DNA of 64,000 nucleotides from Candidatus Marinacidobacterales bacterium (lineage in GTDB: Bacteria > Acidobacteriota > Vicinamibacteria > Marinacidobacterales > SMYC01), in assembly GCA_965224085.1 (NCBI GenBank), contig CBDCYI010000004.1, positions 256,001 to 320,000 of the forward strand, given 5' to 3'. Positions within the stretch are counted from its first letter, which is position 1, and the number at the start of each line of letters is the position of its first letter. The position numbers were made by a program, and so were the translations under genes. The notes beneath the pieces are model-generated. The model was given only the letters and a program-made list of their open reading frames with translations, was not told the DNA's origin and did no database searches. Shown here piece by piece: positions 37,214 to 46,989 of this stretch.

Positions 37214-38689
37214 CTACGCGTCACCTCGTTCAGCGTCGACCACGCGGCCGTCCGGCTCGAGTCGGCCGGGAAGATCGAGCCCTTTTCTGAGCTTCGCAAA
37301 CCCGTCATAGAGCTCGGCACGTTCGCGTCGCAATAGCTCGAGTGCGGCTTTGCGGCGATACCGCGTGAGACGCACGCGAATCGAGCGCACCGTGTGCCGC
37401 GCGAGGCGCTGATAGTTGAGCACGACATAGGCGCCCGCCGCGCTCGAGAAAAAAGCAGCGACTCCCGTCAAAAGGGGCGAGCCCGGTATCGCCGGATAGA
37501 TGGGTTCGAGGAGTCGATTGCCGAGAGCCACGAGCAAGGCGACCACGAACCATGTGACGGGAAAAGCAATTGCACCGGCGACGAGCTTGATCGAAGCTTC
37601 ATCTTTTTGTTTGCGCGCGGCTTTTTTCGACATGAGCCACACGGCGAGCGCGGCGGGCATGTTCGCGATATAGCCGAGGATCAGGATTGGGGGGAGCAGC
37701 AGATAGACGAGCATGACTTGCAGTACGACGAAGGCACCGAGCCAGGGCGAGGCGAGTCGCGGTGAGCTGTCGAGCTCGTGATCGTGAAGCCCGAGCTCCC
37801 GCATGTCCTCGTCATAGTCTCGAACGCGCGCAAATAGCTGCTCGACTTCCTTGGGGTGTGTGCCTATGCGCGTGTTGTAGCCCGTCCACATTCGCGAGAA
37901 AGCGAGGACGCGCTCCTTCATGTCGGGACGCGGGGGCGAAGCGCCGGCGCGATGGGCTCTCTCAGCGCGTAGCAACTTTCGCGCGCGATGCATCGCATGG
38001 TGATGCTGCCAGCTCTCGGTGGCGTGGACGACCTGATGGAGCACCCGTTCGAGCTCTCCGGTCAGCCGTCGATACTGCTCGCGTCTCGATTCTTTCTCAG
38101 CAGGCGGGGCCGATAGTGTCTCGTCGAGCTCGAGCGGCGGGTGGATGGCGACGAGCACGCTCGAGCCCAGAAGACGTTTCTCGTCGTAGTGCAGGCCGAT
38201 GGGGATGATGACGGGAGGCGGGGCATTCTCAGGCGTGAGCTCGCGAGCACGGTAGTAGAGCCTCGCGGCGCCCGTTTTAAGCTCCTGCGGGAAAGGCTCG
38301 TCGTGGCTGTCTCCTTCCGGGAAGAGTGCTGCGAACCTACCCTCCGCGATCGCCACGGCGAGCGCGTCGAGACTCTTCCGGTTGGCTGCGCGCCGCAGCT
38401 CTTCGTCAGAACCGACAAAATCCTGACGCCGATAGACGGGCACAATCCCGAGTGTCCGCATGAGCTGGCCGAGGACCGGCCACGCGAAAAGCCCGTGACG
38501 GGCGCCGAGAACGATCTGCCGCGGAAAATGAACAAGGACGAGCCCGCCATCGATGATCGCATTGGGATGCCACGAGACGACGAGCCCGCCACCGTCTTCG
38601 GGAACGTTCTCGAGGCCGGTGACCTCGATGCGATGAAAGAAGATTCGGAGCAACCCACGCACGATGGAGACCGCGAAACGATAGAGCAT
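37214..38689 (-). CDS. Glycerol-3-phosphate/lysophospholipid acyltransferase (PlsC-like)
   Basis: HPNAIID, PVYRRQD, FPEG and LKTGAAR motifs; C-terminal TM segments. Confidence 0.9.
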   Translation of the reverse strand: MLYRFAVSIVRGLLRIFFHRIEVTGLENVPEDGGGLVVSWHPNAIIDGGLVLVHFPRQIVLGARHGLFAWPVLGQLMRTLGIVPVYRRQDFVGSDEELRRAANRKSLDALAVAIAEGRFAALFPEGDSHDEPFPQELKTGAARLYYRARELTPENAPPPVIIPIGLHYDEKRLLGSSVLVAIHPPLELDETLSAPPAEKESRREQYRRLTGELERVLHQVVHATESWQHHHAMHRARKLLRAERAHRAGASPPRPDMKERVLAFSRMWTGYNTRIGTHPKEVEQLFARVRDYDEDMRELGLHDHELDSSPRLASPWLGAFVVLQVMLVYLLLPPILILGYIANMPAALAVWLMSKKAARKQKDEASIKLVAGAIAFPVTWFVVALLVALGNRLLEPIYPAIPGSPLLTGVAAFFSSAAGAYVVLNYQRLARHTVRSIRVRLTRYRRKAALELLRRERAELYDGFAKLRKGLDLPGRLEPDGRVVDAERGDA

Positions 38690-38791
38690 GCGAAATCGTA
38701 ATGAGAGATGGCGCCGATGTCGACCTTTCCGGAGGGTGGAAACGACGCTCTCTTGGACTATGATGCTCCCTCATCCGAAAGGAGACCTACG

Positions 38792-40309
38792 ATGTCCGGT
38801 CCGAGCGAGCCCGAAGAGCCCGAGGAAAACGACGAGAACGCCCCTACGGAGGAAGAGGAAGAAGACTTTGCCGCTATGCTCGAGGCGTCTCTACAGCCGT
38901 CATCGTTGCAAGAAGGTGATGCGGTCGAAGGGACGATTGTTGCCCTCGGCTCCGATGTGGCTTTCGTGGACGTGGGCAGCAAAGGCGAGGCGACGATCGA
39001 TCTCGTAGAGCTCACCGAGCCTGGTGAGCCCGGTGAGCTTGGTGAACAAGACTCGGTGAAAGTTGGCGACAAAGTCAAAGCTGTCGTCGTTTCCACTTCC
39101 GGCGGCATCAAGCTTTCGCACAAGCTCGCACGGCAAGCCGCGACGCGCGACGCTCTGGAAGACGCGTATCGGTCGGGGCTCCCGGTCGAAGGGCGCGTCG
39201 AGAAAGCCATCAAAGGTGGTTTCGAAGTTCGTTTTCAAAGCCAGCGCGCGTTCTGCCCCATCTCTCAAATCGATACGCGCTTCACCGAAGATCCTTCGGT
39301 TCACGAGGGCAAGGTCTACACTTTCCGCATCGTCGAGATAAAGCGTGACGGCAAGGACGTCGTCGTGTCGCGTCGATCGCTCCTCGAAGAGGAGCAGCGG
39401 GAGCGCGCCGAGGAGGTCCGCGAACTCATCGTTCCCAACGCCGTTCTTCCGGGCCACGTCGTATCGGTGCGCGAGTACGGCGCCTTCGTCGACCTCGGTG
39501 GAGGCGTCCAAGGATTGCTTCATGTCTCGGAGATGAGCTGGTCGCGTGTGACCGATCCCTCGACCGTCGTCCAGCCGGGCGACGAGATCACGGTGCAAGT
39601 CCTGCGCGTCGACGAGGAGCAAGGGAGGATCTCGCTCGGCTTGAAGCAGCTTCAAGCCGACCCGTGGCTGACGGTGTCGACGACCTATCGCGTCGGTCAA
39701 GTGATGAGCGGCAGCGTCGTGCGCCTCGCCGATTTCGGAGCGTTCATCGAGATCGTGACGGGTATCGAAGCTTTGGCACATGTCTCCACGTTCCCGCCGA
39801 CGGGCAAGGCCGATGGATGGAAAGCGAGCGTTTTGCCGGGTACCGAGGTCGCGGTCGAGATCCTGACGATCGACTCGGAGCGCAAGCGCATGGGGGTGGC
39901 CATCGTCGATGAAGGCTCTGTCCGTGCCGAGAGCGCGCACGCGCAAGCTTCGAAAAAGGTCGAGCTCGGCGCTCGGCTCGTCGGTAAAGTCGAGCGCCAC
40001 GAGAATTATGGCGTCTTCGTATTTCTGAAGCCCGGGACCACGGGTTTGCTTCCGGTCGAAGAGACCGGCCTCGACCATGACGAGGATCTTCGAAGGGCTT
40101 TTCCCGTCGGAAGTGACGTGGAGGTGATCGTGCTTGAAATCGATGCCGAGCGCGGGCGGATCCGCCTGAGTGCGAAAGCCGTCACTGAAGGCCGAGAAAA
40201 GAGCGAAGCGCGCGACTTTGCCGAGCGTCAGGACCGTGCGCAGAGCGAAAGCTTTGGCTCTCTCGCCCAGACGCTCCGCGACGCGTTGAAAGGCGGCGAC
40301 AAGAAGTAG
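38792..40309 (+). CDS. Multi-S1-domain RNA-binding protein (ribosomal protein S1-like paralog)
   Basis: Repeated S1 motifs (YGAFVDLGG..GLLHVSEMSW; FGAFIE; YGVFV); AGGAGA RBS. Confidence 0.9.
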   Translation: MSGPSEPEEPEENDENAPTEEEEEDFAAMLEASLQPSSLQEGDAVEGTIVALGSDVAFVDVGSKGEATIDLVELTEPGEPGELGEQDSVKVGDKVKAVVVSTSGGIKLSHKLARQAATRDALEDAYRSGLPVEGRVEKAIKGGFEVRFQSQRAFCPISQIDTRFTEDPSVHEGKVYTFRIVEIKRDGKDVVVSRRSLLEEEQRERAEEVRELIVPNAVLPGHVVSVREYGAFVDLGGGVQGLLHVSEMSWSRVTDPSTVVQPGDEITVQVLRVDEEQGRISLGLKQLQADPWLTVSTTYRVGQVMSGSVVRLADFGAFIEIVTGIEALAHVSTFPPTGKADGWKASVLPGTEVAVEILTIDSERKRMGVAIVDEGSVRAESAHAQASKKVELGARLVGKVERHENYGVFVFLKPGTTGLLPVEETGLDHDEDLRRAFPVGSDVEVIVLEIDAERGRIRLSAKAVTEGREKSEARDFAERQDRAQSESFGSLAQTLRDALKGGDKK

Positions 40310-40315
40310 ATCGCG

Positions 40316-40600
40316 CTAGGCGCTAGTAGAGAAAGCTCGCCACATCTCGTCGACACCTTGGCGCTCCCGCCGGTATTCGACCGGAGGCGTATCGAAAGCC
40401 CGCTTGAATACCCTAGCAAAGCCCGCCGGTGACATACCCAGGAGCACTGGCGATGTCTGACAATCGCGCGACGCTGTGTAGCGCGCCCCTCGTCCCGAGT
40501 TGTGCTCCGCGACTCGGCGCTCGAAGTCGGTAGTAATACCGGTATAGAAAATTCCGTCCGCGCAGCGCAGAAGGTAGCAGTAGTAGAGTCGTGCGTCGAT
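40316..40600 (-). pseudogene. Chimeric relic: GIY-YIG nuclease N-half joined to an AraC-type C-terminal HTH
   Basis: YYCYLLRCADGIFYTGITTDFERRVAEHNSGRGARYT followed by SPAGFARVFKRAFDTPPVEYRR; no ATG start. Confidence 0.65.
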
Positions 40601-40667
40601 GGCCGAGCGTAACAGGGATCGGGCGCCCGAGAGTGGTCCGAGAATAGAATGATAAGCTTTTCTTGAT

Positions 40668-42098
40668 ATGGAAGGACCGAGAACGTTCGAATTGGACGCG
40701 CGTGATGTGTTGAGCGCTGATGCTTTAAGACGCTTTGCCCACGACGCGGTGGATTGGATGATCGACTACATGAGCGAGCCCGGCGGCGACGGGCCGATTC
40801 TTTCTCCCGAGCTCACGAAGGACGTCTTCGAGCTCTTTTGCGAAGAGCTACCGACCGAAGGTAGTGCACCCGCCGCCGTGTTCGAGGAGTTTCGCGAGAA
40901 AATCGTGCCCGATGCGACGCACCTTCAGAGCCCAGGGAACTTTGCCTACATCCCGAACTCGACGGGCGTTGTCGGCGTCGTCGCCGACATCTTGGCGGCC
41001 ACGATGAATCAGAACGTCAGTCTCGTTCGAGGAGGACCTACAGCCGCCGCCGTCGAGGCTCAGGTCGTCGGCTGGATACAGTCTCTGCTTGCTTATCCCA
41101 AAAGTGGCGGCGGTGTTCTCACGAGCGGTGGCTCGCTGGCGAACTTGATGGGGCTAGCCCTTGCCCGCCATCGGGCCGGCGCCGGAGACAATCTCACGTT
41201 CTATTTTTCGGAAGAGACGCACAGCTCTATGGACCGAGCGTTGCGATTTCTCGGGCTTCCACCCGAGGCACTCCGAAGGCTTGAGACCGACGACAAGTTC
41301 CGCATGAGCCCCGCGGCCCTGGAGCAGGCTGTCAAAGAAGATCGCGCTCGCGGCAAACGACCCGCCGCCGTCGCCGCGACTGCAGGGACGATTGGCAGCG
41401 GCGCGGTCGATCCGCTCGAGGAGCTCGCAGGCGTCTGCGAGCGCTATGGCCTCTGGCTCCACGTCGATGGCGCCTACGGGGCTTTGGCGGCGGCTGCCGA
41501 AAGCGGCGCATGGATGCGTTCGGGGCTCGCGCTTTGTGACTCCCTCTCCATCGATCCGCACAAATGGCTCTTCGTTCCCGTCGGCACGAGCTGCCTGCTC
41601 GTGCGCGATGTCGACTTTATGCGGCGCTTCTTCACGGTGGTGCCGGAATATCTGAAAGTGAGCGCCTCCGAAGGCCAGATCCGCCAACCCATGGAGCACA
41701 CGATGGAGCTTTCGCGCCGCTTCCGCGCGCTTCGGCTGTGGATGTCGCTCAAAGTCTATGGAGCGCGCGCCGTACGAGAGAAAATCGAAGATCACTTGCG
41801 ATGGACGCAACTTTTTGCGTCTTGGGTTGAGGCGGCCCCGGGTTTCGAGCTCTCCGCGCCGGTGATGACGAGCACTGTGTGCTTTCGTTACGTGCCTTCC
41901 GGGGTCGAGAGCGCGGAGGCGCTCGACCGGTTGAACGAAGAGCTCATGGAGCGAGTAAATCTTGAGCCTGGACTCTTCGTCTCGCGCAATCGGCTGCGTG
42001 ATCGCTTCACGCAGAGAGTGTGCATCACACACCTCCGGACGACGGAAGAGGACATCCGTCGTTTGTGGGAGGCTTATCAGAAGCTGGCGGTGACGTGA
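40668..42098 (+). CDS. Group II PLP-dependent amino-acid decarboxylase
   Basis: TSGGSLAN, HSS, WLHVDGAYG and DPHKWLF motifs. Confidence 0.93.
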   Translation: MEGPRTFELDARDVLSADALRRFAHDAVDWMIDYMSEPGGDGPILSPELTKDVFELFCEELPTEGSAPAAVFEEFREKIVPDATHLQSPGNFAYIPNSTGVVGVVADILAATMNQNVSLVRGGPTAAAVEAQVVGWIQSLLAYPKSGGGVLTSGGSLANLMGLALARHRAGAGDNLTFYFSEETHSSMDRALRFLGLPPEALRRLETDDKFRMSPAALEQAVKEDRARGKRPAAVAATAGTIGSGAVDPLEELAGVCERYGLWLHVDGAYGALAAAAESGAWMRSGLALCDSLSIDPHKWLFVPVGTSCLLVRDVDFMRRFFTVVPEYLKVSASEGQIRQPMEHTMELSRRFRALRLWMSLKVYGARAVREKIEDHLRWTQLFASWVEAAPGFELSAPVMTSTVCFRYVPSGVESAEALDRLNEELMERVNLEPGLFVSRNRLRDRFTQRVCITHLRTTEEDIRRLWEAYQKLAVT

Positions 42099-42139
42099 GC
42101 AGGCCGATGACACACGCGCGACCTTCCTAGTTTGCCGTC

Positions 42140-42310
42140 GATGATGGTCCATTCAGAGGACGGGACTGCGTTGCTTCGCCTCATCGATCTCGAAATCCAC
42201 GTTACCCTCCAAGGTCATCTCGTGCGTACCGAATAATGTGATGACCTATGAGAACGATCTCGACCGCGAGCTTCGTGCGGAGTTCACGTTCCCGCTTTCC
42301 GGGGTCAGAT
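42140..42310 (+). pseudogene. VIT-domain fragment
   Basis: LEIHVTLQGHLVRTE*...MTYENDLDRELRAEFTFPL resembles a VIT N-terminus; disrupted. Confidence 0.45.
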
Positions 42311-42371
42311 GTCGGCCTTTACTTCCGCAACCGTTTGCGGCGGGATGCACCAAACGTCACAAGTGCGACCT

Positions 42372-43490
42372 TCAAGTGCATGAGACGATCGCTTGGACGA
42401 GGCGCGCGACCTCTTCCTCGGTGTTGAAGAAATGACAAGCGACCCGGAGGAATCGGTCGTCTTTGACGCTCGCGAGAATCTTGCGGTCTTCCAAACACGC
42501 TTGGATCTCGGACGCACCTCTCATCTCGAAGCTTACGATGCCGGCGCGTTCCTCCCATAGGTCGGGGGTTGCGGCCACGAGGCCCGCGACTCGCGCGCTT
42601 TCGATTAGCTCCGTCGTGAGCTTTTTGACGCGTGCCTCGATATTCTCGAGCCCGAGCTCTCTCAAGAACTCCGAGGAGCGCTTCAGCACCGCGAGGCCGA
42701 GATAGTTCGGGTTGCCATATTCGAAACGGTGCGCATCCGCGGCGAGCTCGAGCGTCTCATCCCATTTATTGGGCGACGCGAAGCTGAACTTCGCGGCATA
42801 GGGCGGCTCCACCCGCGGGATGACCTCTTCGCGCACGTAGAGAAATCCAGCCCCCGCGAGACCGAGAAGGCCTTTGTGGCCGCCGCAAGCAATAGCGTCC
42901 GCCTCGAGGGCGACGAGCGGCGTCGCCAGCACACCCACTCCCTGGATCCCGTCGACGACTAGCAACACGTCGCGCTCGCGGCACGCCCGGCCGAGCGCCG
43001 GCAGATCGAAGCGATATCCCACCCCGTAGGTGACCCAAGAGACCGCGACGACGCGGGTGCGCGCGCTGAGCTTTTGGATCAAGTGGTGTGCTCCGCCGGG
43101 CGCGATCGTGATCGTGACGCCGCGGCCTGCGAGACGCCGCCAAGGCAGCAAGTTGGCCTCGTGCTCGAGATCGCTGACGATCACTTCGTCTCCTTCGCTG
43201 AGGCCGAGGCCGGAGGCGAGGATGTTGATTCCCTCCGAAGTATTCTTGACGAAGGCGAGCATGTGCGCGGGTGCGCCGACGAGCGCCGCCAGCGACGCGC
43301 GGGTTTCTTCGCACCGCTCCATGTCGAAAGCGTTCTTCCCGGCGTTATCATGGAAGTCGCGCAGAAAGCCGGCGATCGCGTCTTCAGCGCAACGCGGCAA
43401 GGGCGCTTTGTGCGCTAGCGCGAAATGAGCCCAGTTCTCGAGCAGCGGGAACTCGCTGCGGATTTCTGCGATCTCGGCGTCAATAAGCAT
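42372..43490 (-). CDS. Class V PLP-dependent aminotransferase/desulfurase-like enzyme
   Basis: NTSEG, EHEAN, VDGIQ, GGHKGL and HFFNT motifs. Confidence 0.9.
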   Translation of the reverse strand: MLIDAEIAEIRSEFPLLENWAHFALAHKAPLPRCAEDAIAGFLRDFHDNAGKNAFDMERCEETRASLAALVGAPAHMLAFVKNTSEGINILASGLGLSEGDEVIVSDLEHEANLLPWRRLAGRGVTITIAPGGAHHLIQKLSARTRVVAVSWVTYGVGYRFDLPALGRACRERDVLLVVDGIQGVGVLATPLVALEADAIACGGHKGLLGLAGAGFLYVREEVIPRVEPPYAAKFSFASPNKWDETLELAADAHRFEYGNPNYLGLAVLKRSSEFLRELGLENIEARVKKLTTELIESARVAGLVAATPDLWEERAGIVSFEMRGASEIQACLEDRKILASVKDDRFLRVACHFFNTEEEVARLVQAIVSCT

Positions 43491-44010
43491 CGATAGCATC
43501 CGGAAAACGCGCTTTGTCGGACTGCTCCGGCACGGGCTCGGTCAAACGATACCCCGTCGCCATGACGCTTCCGTCGCCGCCCGGCGCCCACCACGCCCAA
43601 ACCGCGCGCGCGACGTTGTCACCGAGATTCACCATGCGGTGCATCGTGTTGGGAGGCGTGTAGAGCGCGGTACCGGGTTCGGCGATGAAGGTCTCGTCGC
43701 CGACCGTCCACTCGACCCGACCCTCGAGCACGTAATACATCTCTGGCGCCGGGTGAAGGTGGCCGGGATAGATGGCCCGGGGCGCGAGCTCGAGCTCGCC
43801 AAAGGAAAAATCTTGCTGTGGGATGGTGTTGGTTCCGACGAGCGTCTTCCACCGGACCACTTCCTTCATAACATCCGGTAGGTTGGGTTGAGGATCCCAA
43901 GTAACTTGAGACGCGTTCACATGCGTCGAGCTGTCTTGAACCGACGACGTGGCGGACGTAACCGCCAGCACAGCCATTGTCAATGTCGTGATCACTGCGA
44001 TCTTTCTCAT
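43480..44010 (-). CDS. Exported cupin protein (DddK/DddW-like motif)
   Basis: Signal peptide; RWKTLV..GELELAP..YPGHLHPAPEMYYVLEG..PPNTMH. Confidence 0.8.
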   Translation of the reverse strand: MRKIAVITTLTMAVLAVTSATSSVQDSSTHVNASQVTWDPQPNLPDVMKEVVRWKTLVGTNTIPQQDFSFGELELAPRAIYPGHLHPAPEMYYVLEGRVEWTVGDETFIAEPGTALYTPPNTMHRMVNLGDNVARAVWAWWAPGGDGSVMATGYRLTEPVPEQSDKARFPDAIDAY

Positions 44011-44900
44011 AAGCGCTCCTGTCGAGGCCCGCGTCTCGGGGCCGTGACACCGTGCATCCACACAAGACGTATCACACGAAAGCGGTGTCCGCGATAAGGT
44101 TCGAGGAGCTCGACCATGCGCTCTTCGGAAGCCCGCTCTTCGCCCGCCAACAAATAAGCGATCGTGTCAGGGAGATTGTAGTCCCCGAGGAGCACCGCGT
44201 CGGGTGCGCCGAGCGCCGTACCCCGCACATAAGCGATCGTCCAGGGCCCGATGCCGCGTATCGCGGTCAGAACTTGAGAGAAAGTTTCGCCGCTCATTGA
44301 AGTTGACGCGGCCTCTTCGATGCGCGACGCGTATTTGGCGACGCGTCGGATCGTGCGGGCCTGTTTGGGGCGCACGCCAAGTGCTATGAGCACGTAGTCG
44401 GGGGTCGAGGCGAGCGTTCCCGGATCGGGTGGAAGACGGAGCTCGACTGGTCCGGGCGCGGGCACGCCGAGCTTTCGTACGAGCTTGCCCCAGGAGCTTA
44501 CGGCCTCTTGCCAAGTGATGAGCTGGAGCAACGTCACTTGGACGACGCGGTAGACGATGCGCGGGAACGATGGCAAGTGGATCCCCGGATATTGCCGCCA
44601 TAGCTTTCGGACGACGCCGCCGTCCGGCTCGAACGTTTTCGGGTTGTCCTCGAGGCCGAGAAGCTTCGCGGCGTGCGGCATGAGCCAGGAGGCGCCGTCC
44701 CCGAAACCGTGAACGGTGAGCCTCCGGCCTCGTTGCTCTACCACGAGACTCGCTGGCCCTTCGGGCGTTCCGAGTGCGAGGGCCATGGCACCGTCTTCGA
44801 GGCGCAACGTGGGATCGTATTTTCCCATGCGCGAGGCCGCCATCGTTCGTCTCAAGTCGTAGGCTTCGGGTGCTTCGAGCTCGACGGTAATATCGGCCAA
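44007..44900 (-). CDS. AlkA-like HhH-GPD DNA glycosylase
   Basis: LTAIRGIGPWT HhH motif, GAPDAV.LGD and PYRGHR. Confidence 0.88.
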   Translation of the reverse strand: MADITVELEAPEAYDLRRTMAASRMGKYDPTLRLEDGAMALALGTPEGPASLVVEQRGRRLTVHGFGDGASWLMPHAAKLLGLEDNPKTFEPDGGVVRKLWRQYPGIHLPSFPRIVYRVVQVTLLQLITWQEAVSSWGKLVRKLGVPAPGPVELRLPPDPGTLASTPDYVLIALGVRPKQARTIRRVAKYASRIEEAASTSMSGETFSQVLTAIRGIGPWTIAYVRGTALGAPDAVLLGDYNLPDTIAYLLAGEERASEERMVELLEPYRGHRFRVIRLVWMHGVTAPRRGPRQERL

Positions 44901-44912
44901 TGTGGAATCCTG

Positions 44913-45251
44913 TCAAAGCACGTCGCGGCGAAGATCGGGGAACACGTGAGATACCTCATTAATAAGGTAGTCTCCGTAGCTCCCCTCGAAGGCATGAACG
45001 CTCGAGCCGTCCCATCGCTCAGCGGCGTTGTCTTCGGCAACACGGCCGGTATCGATGTTGTGGAGAGCACCGATTTCCGCATCTACGAGCCGAGAAAAAA
45101 AATGCAACTCGAGCCCGAGGCTGAGCGCCATGGTTTCCATCACGCGCCGGCCAAGCGCGGTCATGGCATCCATATAGATCTGCATAGGAGCGCTTACGGC
45201 TTGAATGTCGATGACGGGCAGGAAAGTCGTCGGGGTCACATGGGCGATCAT
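44913..45251 (-). pseudogene. IPNS-family 2OG-Fe(II) oxygenase reduced by two in-frame deletions
   Basis: Keeps LPVIDI, YMDAMTALGRR..ALSLGL and RWDGSSVHAFEGSYGDYL..VFPDL, but lacks the HxD core. Confidence 0.7.
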
Positions 45252-45476
45252 GAGGCTCTTCGGGCGGTGGCGCAAATCACCGGGTTGAGCTTTGACACAC
45301 GGTCTGGACCGCGGTAGAGTTTTCTTTGTAGAGTGTAGTTTTTCTCTACCTGTACCAGCAGTGGACCGCAGGGAGAAAAGACTTAGCCCTGTGGTTTTTT
45401 TTGTTGCCAGTGCGAGGTCTACACAATACCCCGGCTTCGGCCGGGTCAAATTTTGAGGAAAGGAGGTAGACCCGCA

Positions 45477-45677
45477 ATGGCAGAAGGCACCGTGAAGTGG
45501 TTCAACGATAGCAAGGGTTTCGGATTCATTCAGCGTGAAGACGGACCTGACGTTTTCGTTCACCACTCGGCTATCGTCGGCACAGGTTTCAAATCGCTCC
45601 AAGAAGGTGAGCGAGTCGAGTTCGAGATCACCCAGGGACCCAAGGGACCCCAGGCCGCGAACGTGAAACCCGTCTAG
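45477..45677 (+). CDS. csp: Cold-shock protein
   Basis: GTVKWFN.KGFGFI and DVFVH motifs; AGGAGG RBS. Confidence 0.96.
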   Translation: MAEGTVKWFNDSKGFGFIQREDGPDVFVHHSAIVGTGFKSLQEGERVEFEITQGPKGPQAANVKPV

Positions 45678-45698
45678 TCGACCTGTATCAAAGTTATT

Positions 45699-45732
45699 AG
45701 CCCCGTCGCCTTTTGGCGGCGGGGCTTTATTC
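45699..45732 (+). terminator. Rho-independent terminator between convergent genes
   Basis: AGCCCCGTCGCC-TTTT-GGCGGCGGGGCT hairpin followed by a T-rich run. Confidence 0.85.
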
Positions 45733-46077
45733 TTTCAGGGTGGGCCGCTCGGCCTTCGTGATCACTTCACGCAAGAGAATGGCTTCTGGCTCGAGACATT
45801 CTCCGACGCTCGCGCCGGCTTGCTCCGCGGCTTTTTTCTCGGCGAGGATCTCGAGGAAGTGATAAGCGCGCTTCGCGGCCTCGAGGAGCTCGGGCGCCGC
45901 GGCAATCAGAAGGCCGTTGTGCTCATCGAGCACCCCATATTTCAATCCTTCATGGCTTCCGCCGGCGACGACGACCTCTTCGTCTTCGCCGATGATGAAG
46001 CCGCCGTCCTCGTCATCCATCCAGGCGGTACCGTCTTCGAAGCCGATGCGCCACGGCCCCGGTGTGTATTGAGGCAT
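45727..46077 (-). CDS. Phage-like hypothetical protein (TPGPW...LIAAAPELL family)
   Basis: MPQYTPGPW and NGLLIAAAPELLEAA motifs; GGAGG RBS. Confidence 0.75.
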   Translation of the reverse strand: MPQYTPGPWRIGFEDGTAWMDDEDGGFIIGEDEEVVVAGGSHEGLKYGVLDEHNGLLIAAAPELLEAAKRAYHFLEILAEKKAAEQAGASVGECLEPEAILLREVITKAERPTLKE

Positions 46078-46321
46078 TGCCCTCCCCTTTCGTCCGTCTA
46101 TCCTTCACGCTAGCAAATTCCGGCGCCTTTTCGCTATGCTGCTCTCACCATGCGAGTACTTCTCTTGATGCTCCTGGCCGCCGTGCAAAATGAACGCTGC
46201 GTGATCTGCGAGCTGAAGGACGGTAAGTTCGTCCCGCTAACCGACTGGCTGGAGCCATAGACCGACGACGGCGACGGGCTGCGACACGGTGTGAATAGCG
46301 CGCGTTCGTTCGCGCTTGGAT

Positions 46322-46732
46322 TTATGCAGGCAACGGTTCTTCCCAATCCTCCCAGCTCAATCCGACGATCCTCGAAAACTCGTCCACGTTGCGCGTCACG
46401 AGCGTTAGTTCGTGTGTCACGGCAATCGAAGCGATCATCAAGTCGTTCGCCCCGATGCGTTGCCCAATGCGCTCGAGCTCTGCGCGAATGATGCCGTAGT
46501 TGTTCGTGCAATCGTCATCGAAAGGAATGGCGACGAGTGGGGCGAAAAACGTATGGAGGACGCGAAGGTTTTCCGCGGGCCGCGCGCTTTTGCGTGCGCC
46601 GTAGACGAGCTCGGCCTTCACCACGGAACAGAGCTGTATCTCGGATGGCGGCTTCGATTGGAATCTCTCGATGAGCTCGGTCGATGAGTCATTCAGAATC
46701 TTGATGCACGCGTTTGTGTCCAGAAGATACAT
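46322..46732 (-). CDS. vapC: PIN-domain toxin
   Basis: YLLDTN, AELVYG, IGANDLMIA and LVTRN motifs. Confidence 0.94.
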   Translation of the reverse strand: MYLLDTNACIKILNDSSTELIERFQSKPPSEIQLCSVVKAELVYGARKSARPAENLRVLHTFFAPLVAIPFDDDCTNNYGIIRAELERIGQRIGANDLMIASIAVTHELTLVTRNVDEFSRIVGLSWEDWEEPLPA

Positions 46733-46955
46733 CGAGCTCCTCGCGCTCTTCGAGATTCAACGGCTGTGGCCTTACTAGCGGTTCACCTTTGAAGCCTCCG
46801 ACCACCGTCGCGAAATATCCGTCCGGCCAGTCATCGGCCACCTGGCTTCGCACGAGCGCCGCGAGAAAGGCTGAAACACTGAGCCCGCGACGAGCGGCCC
46901 GTCTGCGGACCTCTCGTTCAAGTTCTTCCGGCAGATAGAGATGCAATTGGGCCAT
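46689..46955 (-). CDS. vapB: Ribbon-helix-helix antitoxin
   Basis: MAQLHLYLPEEL..RRAARRGLSVS; overlaps vapC. Confidence 0.8.
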   Translation of the reverse strand: MAQLHLYLPEELEREVRRRAARRGLSVSAFLAALVRSQVADDWPDGYFATVVGGFKGEPLVRPQPLNLEEREELDVSSGHKRVHQDSE

Positions 46956-46989
46956 AGCAAATATATTCTAGCACATATAACAGGAGGAA

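Noticed and set aside
38792-40309. Assigning the symbol rpsA
   Set aside because: Divergent S1 repeats and non-ribosomal context suggest a paralog; cannot be decided without the whole genome.
45300-45476. Riboswitch in the csp leader
   Set aside because: A UUCG hairpin is present, but structured leaders are normal for csp genes and no riboswitch consensus is visible.
45727-46955. Prophage
   Set aside because: No integrase, structural or replication genes.
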